A stretch of DNA of 62,816 bases, the filler included. It is 5 parts of 5 records of this genome, joined end to end, with 100 filler letters (N's around TTAATTAATTAA, not from the genome) between each part and the next. Parts side by side here need not be neighbours in the genome. Positions count along the whole stretch, not along the records: positions 1 to 19,247 come from SRR31156797_14114; positions 19,348 to 35,644 come from SRR31156797_14120; 3 more parts are not named here. One strand, 5' to 3'. Shown piece by piece: positions 9,860 to 19,677 of the stretch. The notes under the pieces were generated by a model. The model did not search any database, had not been told where the DNA came from, and saw nothing but the letters and a program-made list of their open reading frames with translations. Every line of letters begins with the position of its first letter. Position 1 is the first letter of the stretch. Made by a program: the position numbers and the translations under genes.

Positions 9860-11923
9860 ATGCCTGATTTTCTTTTGGAAATAGGAAGCGAAGAGATACC
9901 CGCTGGATTTATCGGCAGCGCGTGTGAGTATCTCAAAAACGAATTTACCAAACAACTGACTGATGCTGGCATCGGTTTTCAAAATATTGAATCTGACGGA
10001 ACACCTAGAAGATTTTATGTGAACATAGAAGGGCTTGCAGAGAAGCAGAATGATAAGGAAGAGACCATCATGGGACCTCCTGCTTCTGTTGCTTTCGATG
10101 CAGACGGTAACCTCACTAAGGCTGGGGCAGGTTTTGCTAAGTCTAAGGGGCTTCCTGAAGAGACACTCACAAAGGTCGAAACTGGTAAGGGAGTTTATCT
10201 CTCCGGTGTGAAGAAGACAAAAGGTGTGCCTACACGTGATTTCATCGAAGCTATGCTTGTGGACGTTATTAAAAGCATTCCGTTCCGCAAATCTATGCGC
10301 TGGGGTGATAAGTCTTTCCGTTATGCGAGACCAGTCCACTGGTTCTTAGCTCTTTACGACGGCGGAGTTATCGACTTCGAAATCGACGGTATCAAATCCG
10401 GCAACAAGACGATGGGACACAGAATCCACGCTAACGAATACTTCGAAGTGAAAGATTATGCGGACTACAAAAAGAAACTTGTTGAGAACAAGGTTTGCTC
10501 ATCTTCCGCTGAGCGTACACAGCAGATGCGTGACCAGATAGCTCAGATCGAAAAAGAGACAGGCTATATTGTTGACCTCGACGAAGAGCTTCTTGAGACT
10601 GTTGCAGGACTAGTTGAATACCCAGTTTCACTCATGGGCGAATTCGAAGAGAAATACCTCGACATCCCTGCTGAAGTGCTCATTACTTCCATGAAGTACC
10701 ACCAGAAATATTTCTATGTGACTGATAAAGATGGAAATCTTGTAAATAAATTTATAGGTGTTTCAAACACCGACCCTAACGATCCTGAGCTTGTGAAGAC
10801 TGGTTATGCTAGAGTTCTCCGTGCGAGACTCGCTGATGCTGAATTCTTCTGGGCGAACGATAAGAAGTTTCCACTTGAGAAGAGAGTGGACGAGCTTAAG
10901 AAGGTTGTTTATCAGGAGAAGATCGGAACTTCCTACGAGAAGATGGAGCGTTTCCGCAAGCTGGCGGTATTTTTTGCAGACAGCTTTAACGCAGATGTTG
11001 CAAAAGACACAGAGCGTGCGGCTACACTTTGCAAGGCTGATCTCCTTAGCGAAATGGTTTACGAGTTTCCGGAGCTTCAAGGTATCATGGGGCGCAGATA
11101 CGCTGGTCTTCAGGGTGAAAGCGATGCAGTGGCTCAGGCTATCGAAGAGCACTATCTCCCAAGATTTGCAGGTGACGACCTCCCTGAAAGTGACTGTGGC
11201 GCATTCGTCTCTATGGCGGATAAGCTCGACACTATCTGCGGTTGTTTCGCTGTAAACCTTATCCCTACAGGAAGTCAGGATCCTTACGCACTCAGAAGGG
11301 GAGCGATCGGTATCCTCTCCACTATCAAGTCTAAAGGCTACCGTATGGGGCTTAAGCAGATGATAGCTGAAAGCGTTAATAACCTTAAAACTTATATCGA
11401 ATTTGACAGTGACAAGGTCGAAGGTCTTGTTTACGATTTCATAATACAGCGCTACCGCCAGATGCTCTCTGATGAGAAGATTTCTGCGGATTGTGTTGAT
11501 GCGGCTTGTGATGTTTCTGATGACATCATCACTATTGAAAAGCTCGCAAAAGCCCTCGGTGAATATAAGCAGACAAAAGAATTTGCAAGCATCGCCGGCG
11601 GATTTAAAAGAATTAATAACATACTCAAAAAGAGTGAGCATACATCTGATGTTTATGACGAAGCTCTCTTTGAGACAGATTTTGAGAGGGAACTGGCTGA
11701 GCTTATATCCAACAGAGCTGACCAGATAAATAGAGAGGTGAGTGAAGAGAACTTCACAGTGGCGATGACCCAGCTACTAACTTTCAGCGGACCTGTTGAT
11801 AACTTTTTTGAGAACGTTATGGTTATGGCGGAAGATGAAAAAGTTAAACTCAACAGATTAAGTTTGCTCAACAAGCTGAAGGGAGTATTCAACATGCTGG
11901 GGGACCTGACAAAAATAATATAA
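9860..11923 (+). CDS. glyS: Glycine--tRNA ligase beta subunit
   Basis: FLLEIGSEEIPA, MRWG, MVYEFPELQGIMG, GSQDPYALRR; ATG at 9860 after GAGGG. Confidence 0.97.
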   Translation: MPDFLLEIGSEEIPAGFIGSACEYLKNEFTKQLTDAGIGFQNIESDGTPRRFYVNIEGLAEKQNDKEETIMGPPASVAFDADGNLTKAGAGFAKSKGLPEETLTKVETGKGVYLSGVKKTKGVPTRDFIEAMLVDVIKSIPFRKSMRWGDKSFRYARPVHWFLALYDGGVIDFEIDGIKSGNKTMGHRIHANEYFEVKDYADYKKKLVENKVCSSSAERTQQMRDQIAQIEKETGYIVDLDEELLETVAGLVEYPVSLMGEFEEKYLDIPAEVLITSMKYHQKYFYVTDKDGNLVNKFIGVSNTDPNDPELVKTGYARVLRARLADAEFFWANDKKFPLEKRVDELKKVVYQEKIGTSYEKMERFRKLAVFFADSFNADVAKDTERAATLCKADLLSEMVYEFPELQGIMGRRYAGLQGESDAVAQAIEEHYLPRFAGDDLPESDCGAFVSMADKLDTICGCFAVNLIPTGSQDPYALRRGAIGILSTIKSKGYRMGLKQMIAESVNNLKTYIEFDSDKVEGLVYDFIIQRYRQMLSDEKISADCVDAACDVSDDIITIEKLAKALGEYKQTKEFASIAGGFKRINNILKKSEHTSDVYDEALFETDFERELAELISNRADQINREVSEENFTVAMTQLLTFSGPVDNFFENVMVMAEDEKVKLNRLSLLNKLKGVFNMLGDLTKII

Positions 11924-11939
11924 TATTGGGGGTATCCTA

Positions 11940-14567
11940 ATGGGCGCCAAATGGGTGTATTTCTTTGGAAAAGGCCGTACAGAAGGTAACGGTACAGACA
12001 AAAACCTTCTCGGAGGTAAGGGGGCCGGACTTGCAGAAATGACAAGTATCGGAATACCTGTTCCGCCGGGCTTCACTATCACGACAGAAGCTTGTGTTGA
12101 GTTTTACAACAACAAGAAAAAGTATCCTGAAGGACTTTGGGATCAGGCGAAAGCTGCGCTTGTCACACTCGAAGAAGAGATGGGCAAAAAATTCGGAGAT
12201 GTGGAGAATCCTCTCCTCGTTTCAGTCCGCTCCGGTGCAAGAGTTTCTATGCCGGGAATGATGGACACAGTTCTTAACCTAGGTCTCACTGATGAGACGG
12301 TTAAAGGTCTTGAAAAATCTTCCGGTAACGCAAGGTTCGCATACGACAGCTACAGAAGATTTATCCAGATGTTCTCTGATGTTGTACTCGGAATTCCTCA
12401 TCACAAATTTGAGCATATCCTTTCGGACATGAAAGATGCCAGAGGTGTAGCGGAAGACACAGAGCTCTCCCCTGAAGATATGAAAGAAGTTGTTGAGCAG
12501 TTTAAAGGACTCGTTTCCAAAGAACTCGGTACACCTTTCCCGCAGGACCCTATGAAGCAGCTTGAGTATTCTGTGAATGCAGTTTTTGATTCATGGAACA
12601 ATCAGCGTGCGAAAACATATAGAAAGATCAATAAAATGTCTGATGCCTGGGGCACAGCTGTAAACGTTCAGTCCATGGTTTTTGGTAACATGGGTAACGA
12701 TTGCGGTACTGGCGTTGCTTTTACAAGAGACCCATCCACAGGCGAGAATGTATTCTTCGGTGAGTACCTTGTGAATGCGCAGGGCGAAGATGTGGTTGCC
12801 GGCATCAGAACTCCGGAGCCGATCGCTAAACTCGAAAAAGAGATGCCTGTAGTTTACAAGCAGCTCGAAGAAGTTTATCTCAAACTTGAAAACCACTACA
12901 AAGATATTCAGGATATCGAATTTACTATAGAAAAAGGCGTACTTTACATGCTTCAGACCAGAAGCGGTAAGCGTACAGCAAAAGCTGCTGTAAAGATCGC
13001 TTTTGACATGTTTAAAGAAGGACTTATCGACAAAGAGACTGCTGTGCTTAGAGTAGAGCCTAATCAGATCGACCAGCTCCTTCACCCTATGATCGACACT
13101 TCTGTTCAGTATGACATAGTCGCTAAAGGTCTCCCTGCATCACCTGGTGCTGCAGTTGGTAAAGCTGTCTTCACTGCTGAAGAAGCTGAAGTCGCTGCTG
13201 AGGCTGGCGAATCTGTTATCCTTGTTCGTGCTGAGACATCCCCAGAGGATATCGGCGGTATGAACGCTGCGAAGGGTATCCTTACTGCTACTGGCGGTAT
13301 GACATCCCATGCGGCTGTTGTTGCCAGAGGTATGGGTAAGTGCTGTGTTGCTGGTTGCGGTTCAATCAGAATCGATGAGAAAGGTAAAACTTTCACAGTC
13401 GGCGACCTCACTGTTAAAGAGGGCGATATCATCACTGTTAACGGTTCTACCGGCGAAGTGATAAACGGCGCTGCTAAGCTTATCGAGCCTGAGCTTTCAG
13501 GTGAGTTCGCTCAGATACTTGAGTGGGCTGATGAGTTCAGAACTCTCGGCGTTAGAACAAATGCAGATACACCTGCTGATTCTAAAACTGCTAGAGATTT
13601 CGGTGCTGAAGGTATCGGTCTTTGCCGTACGGAGCACATGTTCTTCGAAGGCGACCGTATCGATGCTGTTCGTGAGATGATCCTCTCTGAAAACGAAGAC
13701 GGACGCAGAAGAGCGCTTAAGAAAATTAAACCTTATCAGAAAGAAGACTTCCTCGGGCTTTTCGAGGCTATGGAAGGACTTCCTGTTACTATACGACTTC
13801 TCGACCCGCCGCTTCACGAGTTCATCCCGCACACTGACGAGGATGTTCAGCGTGTTGCTGACGCTTCGGGGCTTCCTGTTGAGCAGCTGAAAGCTAAGGC
13901 TGTTGAGCTTCATGAGTTCAATCCTATGCTTGGTCACAGAGGTTGCCGCCTCGGTATAACTTATCCGGAAGTTTACGAAATGCAGGTTTACGCTATTATA
14001 GAGGCTGCTTGCGAGCTTAAGAAAGCTGGCAAAGATGTTCAGCCTGAGATCATGATTCCGCTCGTTGGCCATGTTAAAGAGCTATCTGAGCTTGAAGAGA
14101 TGACACGTGCGGTAGCTTCCGAAGTTATGGAAGACCTTGGTGTGGAAGTTGATTATCTTGTCGGAACAATGATTGAGCTTCCTAGAGCAGCTCTCACTGC
14201 TGACGAAGTTGCTAACTCTGCTGAATTCTTCTCATTCGGTACAAACGACCTTACACAGACTTGCCTCGGACTTTCGAGAGACGATTCTGGTAAATTCCTT
14301 CCGCTTTATGTGGATAAAGGGATCTATAAAGAAGACCCATTTGTTTCCATCGATGAGTCCGGTGTAGGACAACTCGTAGAGATGGGTGTTCAGAAGGGAC
14401 GCTCAACACGCCCTGGCCTGAAAACAGGTATTTGTGGTGAGCACGGTGGTGATCCTGCTTCTATCTATTTCTGCCAGAAAGCTGGTTTGAACTATGTTAG
14501 TTGCTCGCCATTCAGAGTTCCAGTGGCAAGGCTTGCGGCTGCGCACGCTGCGCTTAACGAAAAATAA
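11940..14567 (+). CDS. ppdK: Pyruvate, phosphate dikinase
   Basis: LLGGKGAGLAEM, SMPGMMDTVLNLG, GGMTSHAAVVAR phospho-His, GTNDLTQ, CGEHGGDP. Confidence 0.99.
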   Translation: MGAKWVYFFGKGRTEGNGTDKNLLGGKGAGLAEMTSIGIPVPPGFTITTEACVEFYNNKKKYPEGLWDQAKAALVTLEEEMGKKFGDVENPLLVSVRSGARVSMPGMMDTVLNLGLTDETVKGLEKSSGNARFAYDSYRRFIQMFSDVVLGIPHHKFEHILSDMKDARGVAEDTELSPEDMKEVVEQFKGLVSKELGTPFPQDPMKQLEYSVNAVFDSWNNQRAKTYRKINKMSDAWGTAVNVQSMVFGNMGNDCGTGVAFTRDPSTGENVFFGEYLVNAQGEDVVAGIRTPEPIAKLEKEMPVVYKQLEEVYLKLENHYKDIQDIEFTIEKGVLYMLQTRSGKRTAKAAVKIAFDMFKEGLIDKETAVLRVEPNQIDQLLHPMIDTSVQYDIVAKGLPASPGAAVGKAVFTAEEAEVAAEAGESVILVRAETSPEDIGGMNAAKGILTATGGMTSHAAVVARGMGKCCVAGCGSIRIDEKGKTFTVGDLTVKEGDIITVNGSTGEVINGAAKLIEPELSGEFAQILEWADEFRTLGVRTNADTPADSKTARDFGAEGIGLCRTEHMFFEGDRIDAVREMILSENEDGRRRALKKIKPYQKEDFLGLFEAMEGLPVTIRLLDPPLHEFIPHTDEDVQRVADASGLPVEQLKAKAVELHEFNPMLGHRGCRLGITYPEVYEMQVYAIIEAACELKKAGKDVQPEIMIPLVGHVKELSELEEMTRAVASEVMEDLGVEVDYLVGTMIELPRAALTADEVANSAEFFSFGTNDLTQTCLGLSRDDSGKFLPLYVDKGIYKEDPFVSIDESGVGQLVEMGVQKGRSTRPGLKTGICGEHGGDPASIYFCQKAGLNYVSCSPFRVPVARLAAAHAALNEK

Positions 14568-14575
14568 TTGAACAT

Positions 14576-14608
14576 ATGGGGCGTACTTGCTGCGCCCCTT
14601 TATTTCTT
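14576..14608 (+). terminator. Probable terminator after ppdK
   Basis: GGGGCG-tacttgctg-CGCCCC followed by TTTATTTCTT. Confidence 0.6.
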
Positions 14609-14625
14609 AAATCTGGTGTAGTTGA

Positions 14626-16074
14626 ATGGGATCAGTTTCGAATGATCTTTACGAACTGGTAGAAGAGACTCTCGGCTGCGAGCTCATAGGTATGCAGGTT
14701 ACTAATGGTGACAAAATTATCGCTGAGATCGGGAGACAGGATGAGTGCGCCCATTTCATAGAAATACCGGGAAATTGCTTTAAAGCGAGTATCTGTGTAG
14801 CTAATGATATAACTCCAAACGATAGAGAACTCGCACATATCAAAAAAATATTTAACATCTTTTCAAGTGGGCAGACTAACACCGCAAGCCGTATATTTTG
14901 CGGAGCAGAGATACTCGAAACCATTACCGACAGAAGAGGTATCGATAGTGTTATGAACCAGCTTGTAGACATTCTAGTCACAAGGGGCGGGTTCTGCCGT
15001 GCGGGTATTATGTTTCTTAACGAAGCACTTTTAGAGCTCCGAGGAGTTATATACTCGGATGGTGGTAAAGGTTCTGATGTTAATGGTTTCAAGAACGTTA
15101 AACTGAATTTTGAAACTAAAAACGACCTGTCAGATATAATGTTCTACGACAGAACAGATATAGTGAGTGCAGACAGCTCTGATGTTATGCAGAGTATGCA
15201 GGATTATTTTTGCGGTGATGTTATGGTCACCGGGCTTGGCGTTGGTGACAGACCAATCGGGATACTTCTCGCTTGCAAAGACACTTACGACGATGGCGAC
15301 AAAGAGGCTCTGCTTCTTTACGGGAATATCTGCTCACTTTCGATAGAGTTTTCTAAGACGCTCAAACAGCTTGAACTGACCATGGCTGACCTAGGGTCAC
15401 TTAGAAAGAATGCGACTGATGCTGAGAATCTTGTTAAGATGGGAAGGCTTTCAGCAACTGTGGCGCATGAGCTTAAAAATCCGCTGGTCGCTATTGGCGG
15501 TTTTACAAAGCGGATGGAGCAGACAGCTGTTAATCCGCAGACAAAGAATTATATTAAGATAGTTCAGTCAGAGGTCTTTAGGCTTGAGAAGATTGTCGGT
15601 GATATCCTTGTTTATTCGAGGAAGATCGATCTTGAGCTTAATGATTTTAATCTGAATGAGCTTATTCATGAAGTTATGGTGCTTACACAGGGCTGCCTAT
15701 GTTTTAGCATGATTAACTTAGAGACGAAATTAGGCGACAATCAGATGGTTTCTGCTGACCGAGACAAGCTCAAACAGGTTCTTTTGAATCTGGTCTCAAA
15801 CTCAGTACAGGAGATGCCTGACGGTGGCGAGCTTAAGATAGAGGCTGTTGAGAGTGACAAGCATGTTACTATCTCAGTCAGTGACACTGGCGGCGGGATC
15901 CCGTCAGATAAACGTGAAAAAATATTTGAACCGTTCTATACTTTGAAGAAGACCGGGACCGGGCTCGGGCTTCCGCTTTGTAAAAAAATCATGACCGCTC
16001 ATGGTGGTGATATCGTTGTTGGTGATGTAGAGGGCGGAGCAGTGTTCACATTGATTCTGCCGAAAAGAGGGTGA
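14626..16074 (+). CDS. Cytoplasmic sensor histidine kinase with GAF-like input region
   Basis: VAHELKNPL H-box, DTGGG, FEPFYT, GTGLGL; no TM segment. Confidence 0.9.
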   Translation: MGSVSNDLYELVEETLGCELIGMQVTNGDKIIAEIGRQDECAHFIEIPGNCFKASICVANDITPNDRELAHIKKIFNIFSSGQTNTASRIFCGAEILETITDRRGIDSVMNQLVDILVTRGGFCRAGIMFLNEALLELRGVIYSDGGKGSDVNGFKNVKLNFETKNDLSDIMFYDRTDIVSADSSDVMQSMQDYFCGDVMVTGLGVGDRPIGILLACKDTYDDGDKEALLLYGNICSLSIEFSKTLKQLELTMADLGSLRKNATDAENLVKMGRLSATVAHELKNPLVAIGGFTKRMEQTAVNPQTKNYIKIVQSEVFRLEKIVGDILVYSRKIDLELNDFNLNELIHEVMVLTQGCLCFSMINLETKLGDNQMVSADRDKLKQVLLNLVSNSVQEMPDGGELKIEAVESDKHVTISVSDTGGGIPSDKREKIFEPFYTLKKTGTGLGLPLCKKIMTAHGGDIVVGDVEGGAVFTLILPKRG

Positions 16075-16075
16075 A

Positions 16076-16429
16076 ATGAAAAAGATATTGATTATTGATG
16101 ATGAAGAGCACATAAGGGCTCACTACACTGATTTACTGGAAGAGAAGGGTTTTGAAATTGATTCTGCACATGACGGGACAAGCGGACTTGAGGTTTTTAA
16201 AAACGGCGTATATGATCTTGTTCTTCTTGATGTGAATATGCCTGATAAGTCAGGGCTTGAGGTTCTGAAAGAGATAAAGTCCATCAAGGACTCACAGGTT
16301 GTCTTTCTGCTTACGGCTTTTGACGAGTATAAGAGAAACTTTGCGTCGCTCTATGCTGAGGAATATTTTACAAAAGACAAGAAGATAGATATTCTGCTCA
16401 GGAGAATTAACGAACACCTAGAAGGGTAA
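16076..16429 (+). CDS. Single-domain response regulator
   Basis: ILIIDDE, LLDVNMP, LLTA; translationally adjacent to the kinase. Confidence 0.93.
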   Translation: MKKILIIDDEEHIRAHYTDLLEEKGFEIDSAHDGTSGLEVFKNGVYDLVLLDVNMPDKSGLEVLKEIKSIKDSQVVFLLTAFDEYKRNFASLYAEEYFTKDKKIDILLRRINEHLEG

Positions 16430-16702
16430 GTTACCCAGCCTAGTCACTAAGTGGGTAGTATACTAGAGTGCCTTGTTTTACGCTTCCTGTTAGTCAGCTG
16501 ATATGTGACTGTTTGGTATGAAAGTGCTAATCGTTTGATAAATTACTATTTAGCAAGATGACCAGCGGGAATCGCTAAGCTTGGAGATCTAAAATATTTT
16601 CACAGCATAGTGTTTTGCATCAAAGTGCTAACTTTGTTAGCCAAACAACGTGAGGCGTATAGCTAGGTGGTTTGCAGACATTCACAGTATAGTGATAGAA
16701 GG

Positions 16703-16975
16703 TCAAGCTTTAAGCTTGTTGTTGATTTTATATAATTCAGCGAGAAGAAGTGCCACAACTTTATATAGTTCCTCGGGGATTTCATCCATAAGATCAAGTG
16801 TTGAGAGAGCTTCCACAAGGTCTTTATCCTCTCTGATATGAATATCGTTCTCTTGTGCTTTCTCTATAATCTTATCAGCAATAACCCCCTGCCCTTTGGC
16901 AACGAGTGTTGGTGCCCTGTCAATATCAGTATCATAGCGGATGGCAGCCGCTTTCTTTCTGGTAAATTTCTTCAA
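16703..16975 (-). CDS. FlhB cytoplasmic-domain-like protein (EscU/YscU/FlhB C-terminal family)
   Basis: AAAIRYD..APTLVAKG...EIPEELYKVVA. Confidence 0.88.
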   Translation of the reverse strand: MKKFTRKKAAAIRYDTDIDRAPTLVAKGQGVIADKIIEKAQENDIHIREDKDLVEALSTLDLMDEIPEELYKVVALLLAELYKINNKLKA

Positions 16976-16985
16976 TCAGACCTCG

Positions 16986-18275
16986 CTATATAATCTCCAG
17001 CATCCGGAAACTTTCTAAGTATGCTTGCTTAATAGTTTCTATCGTCTCATTTTCGAGATGCTTAAAGGATAGTGCACCGCCTGAGTGCATTGTGAAGACA
17101 TTATTCAGCAACATAGCGATTTTAAAATTGTCCTCAGCCTGCTTATCACTGGTTGTCATAAGTGTATGAGGGGAAAGTTCCTCCGGAGTATTTTGCAGAA
17201 AGTGCAGACAGAAATATGAACCGAAACCAGTAACTGCCGCTGGTATTTTAAGCTTGGCTGTCTGAGTGGATAGATGATCCCTAAGCTTGTTGCCCGCCTT
17301 ATTAAGTTTGTCATAGTCTGAGGTCTTTAAATGTTTTAGTGTCTCTATACCGACACACATAGAGATAGGATTAGCTGAGTAGGTGCCGCCGCCTGTGAAA
17401 AGTTTCTGCTTAGTTATGGTGCTCATCACATCTGCACGGCCGCCGTATATCCCTATGTGCATCCCGCCAGCTGTCGCCTTGCCGAAGGTGAAAAGGTCGG
17501 GAATCACACCGACTATAGGTGCAATGGAGCCGTATCTGAACCGGAAGCCTGTGATAACTTCATCGAATATGAGGAGAGTACCATTATCATCGCAGTATGT
17601 GCGGAGGGTTCTGAGGAATTCTTCAGAAGCGAGTATCCCACCGCCAGCACCGAGCATAGGCTCAAGGATAATCCCAGCAACTTCGCCTTTATATTCATTA
17701 AGTATCTCAAGTGTTCTTTCAGGGTTGTTATAAGGAACAGAAACCGTTTTCTGCCCCTCTGGCGCATTTTTACGTTTAACAAATGGAGGTATCACTCCGT
17801 TTGACAGCACAGAGTTACCGCCGTGCCACCCCCCTTCAACCTTAACAATAACGTCCCTTTCGGTGAATGCACGTGCCACACGGGTGACGTACATCGTAGC
17901 CTCTGTACCGGATGAGCAAAGTCTCATCTGCTCCATTTCGGGGATAGCCTGCTGTATGAGCTCTGCGAATTCTAACTGTGTTGAGTTGATTGTACCGTGG
18001 TGGATGCCAGCCTGCATAGCTCTTGTGACACCTTTGCACTGAGCAGAATTTCCATGTCCGAGAAGGAGAGCGTAGTGCCCCATCCAAAGATCAAGAATCT
18101 TATTTCCGTCCTTATCATACATATATATATTGTCACACCTGTCAGTGACCACAGGGAAAGGCGGATAATTTCTTATGTCATGGCAAACGCCATTAGGGAA
18201 ATACCTCTTAGAACGTTCGTAAAGCACCTTAGAAGAGGAAAACTTAGCTTCGTACTTACTTAGAAGACTCTTCAC
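16986..18275 (-). CDS. Class III PLP aminotransferase (glutamate-1-semialdehyde aminomutase-like)
   Basis: SSGTEAT, LIFDEVITGFR, TFGKATAGG, GGTYSANP. Confidence 0.85.
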   Translation of the reverse strand: MKSLLSKYEAKFSSSKVLYERSKRYFPNGVCHDIRNYPPFPVVTDRCDNIYMYDKDGNKILDLWMGHYALLLGHGNSAQCKGVTRAMQAGIHHGTINSTQLEFAELIQQAIPEMEQMRLCSSGTEATMYVTRVARAFTERDVIVKVEGGWHGGNSVLSNGVIPPFVKRKNAPEGQKTVSVPYNNPERTLEILNEYKGEVAGIILEPMLGAGGGILASEEFLRTLRTYCDDNGTLLIFDEVITGFRFRYGSIAPIVGVIPDLFTFGKATAGGMHIGIYGGRADVMSTITKQKLFTGGGTYSANPISMCVGIETLKHLKTSDYDKLNKAGNKLRDHLSTQTAKLKIPAAVTGFGSYFCLHFLQNTPEELSPHTLMTTSDKQAEDNFKIAMLLNNVFTMHSGGALSFKHLENETIETIKQAYLESFRMLEII

Positions 18276-19059
18276 GTACCTTCTCCTTGAGAATTTTCCT
18301 CATAGCGATAGCATTCTTAGCTGCCTGACCGTTAGTAGAGTTGCAGAAAGAGATGAAAACATTATCAGATAGAACGCTTAGAACTTCTGCATCGCCGAGG
18401 ATTTTTTTAAGTCCTGTCTCTGTATATTCATAATCAAGGTTTCTCGAATCGTGTGAGCGCCATTTCTGGTTTTTACCGTACAGGCGGAAGTATGCGTTGT
18501 GCTCAAATGCCTGAACAAAGTATGGAGCGAGCCCGCTCTTTAGAGGGTAGTCGCAGACAACTATGCCGACACCAAGCTTTCTGAGCTCATCAAGGTATTT
18601 CTCTTTGTACCAGCCACGGTTAGCAAGTTCAACGAAGAAAGGTCTGTCGTCGAACCTGTCTCTGAGTGCTGCTATATGGTCGAGATTTGCTCTGGAAGGC
18701 TGAAAGCCGAAGAAGAAATCCGCAAAATAAGCTTTAACCCTATCGTATATTGGTGCAAGCCCTGCTTTGAAACGGTTAGCATCAAAAGGTGATGATGGGT
18801 TTTTAAGGAAGCGCTTAGGAAGCCTGACAGAGAAGGAGAGATCATCAGCTGAGTTTTCAGCAATATTTTCAGTTATTTCTAATGTTGGATCAGTATAGAA
18901 AGTGAATGTGAGCTCGAGGAATTTGATACCCTGCTGTTTGCTGTAGTAGGTGAGCATGTTTTCATTTTGAGTTCCCAGCGGATAAAAGTTACCCGTCCAG
19001 TCGTCAAATTTGTAGCCTGCTGTGCCTATGTGAAATGCTGTTTCTTTGTGTCGTATCAT
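18256..19059 (-). CDS. DUF72 family protein
   Basis: IGTAGYKFDDWTGNFYP, ELTFTFY, YFRLYG, DYEY. Confidence 0.85.
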   Translation of the reverse strand: MIRHKETAFHIGTAGYKFDDWTGNFYPLGTQNENMLTYYSKQQGIKFLELTFTFYTDPTLEITENIAENSADDLSFSVRLPKRFLKNPSSPFDANRFKAGLAPIYDRVKAYFADFFFGFQPSRANLDHIAALRDRFDDRPFFVELANRGWYKEKYLDELRKLGVGIVVCDYPLKSGLAPYFVQAFEHNAYFRLYGKNQKWRSHDSRNLDYEYTETGLKKILGDAEVLSVLSDNVFISFCNSTNGQAAKNAIAMRKILKEKVREESSK

Positions 19060-19155
19060 CTGAATTATCCCTCTGCTATTTTGTTGTAATTAACTTAATA
19101 TGCCTATTTACACATAAGCGCAAGCGCAACTTGCAAAAAAATATTAAAAATGCTA

Positions 19156-19184
19156 TTGACTTGTTAGGAGTCTTTTGATAGATT
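19156..19184 (+). promoter_or_regulatory. Sigma-70 promoter for the tRNA gene
   Basis: TTGACT-17 nt-TAGATT ending 26 nt upstream of the tRNA. Confidence 0.7.
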
Positions 19185-19210
19185 TCGTGATTCGTGAAGC
19201 ACACGACCAC

Positions 19211-19247
19211 GCGCTCATAGCTCAGCTGGATAGAGCAACGGACTTCT
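19211..19247 (+). tRNA. tRNA-Arg(TCT), 3'-truncated by contig end
   Basis: GCGCTCATAGCTCAGCTGGATAGAGCAACGGACTTCT: acceptor 5' strand, D-arm and anticodon CT-TCT. Confidence 0.88.
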
Positions 19248-19347
19248 NNNNNNNNNNNNNNNNNNNNNNNNNNNNNNNNNNNNNNNNNNNNTTAATTAAT
19301 TAANNNNNNNNNNNNNNNNNNNNNNNNNNNNNNNNNNNNNNNNNNNN
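19248..19347. other. Artificial contig spacer
   Basis: 44 N + TTAATTAATTAA + 44 N. Confidence 0.99.
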
Positions 19348-19677
19348 ATATCCAACATTGTCTTTAATATCCTTTTAATACCAAAATTCGGTCTTATTGG
19401 CGCTGCTGTTTCAACAAGCGTTTCTCTATTGTTGATCAACATGCTTCGATTAGTTCAAGTGTTCCGAAAATTACATATTCACCCATTTGGTCTTGCATTT
19501 ATACGAAATTGTATTGTTGCCATTTCCTCTATATCGGTAATCTTTCCTGTATACAAAAGCAACTATTTGAACGGGATTCACTTTGAACCTTTTCGCGGTA
19601 TAATTCTTTTCGCTTTGCTTCTCATGGTTTGTGTGACCTCAATTTTATTATTACGTAAACTATCTTTTTGTAAATGA
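19348..19677 (+). CDS. Oligosaccharide flippase (Wzx-like), C-terminal fragment
   Basis: Frame open from contig start: ISNIVFNILLIPKFGLIGAAVSTS, typical flippase C-terminal region; several TMs. Confidence 0.8.
   Translation: MSNIVFNILLIPKFGLIGAAVSTSVSLLLINMLRLVQVFRKLHIHPFGLAFIRNCIVAISSISVIFPVYKSNYLNGIHFEPFRGIILFALLLMVCVTSILLLRKLSFCK

Noticed and set aside
10763-11641. Long antisense ORFs (e.g. 292 aa opposite glyS; others opposite groEL, leuC, ppdK, cbiB)
   Set aside because: Shadow frames of confidently identified genes with no recognisable motifs
16518-16538. MKVLIV micro-ORF resembling a response-regulator start
   Set aside because: Stops after 6 codons with no receiver-like continuation; likely chance
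16521-16631. CIRCE-like half sites (TTAGCACTT on minus strand)
   Set aside because: Direct repeats about 100 nt apart, not the inverted pair with 9-nt spacer, and not upstream of a gene
19292-19303. TTAATTAATTAA repeated four times as a biological repeat
   Set aside because: Always centred in 44+44 N; artificial linker
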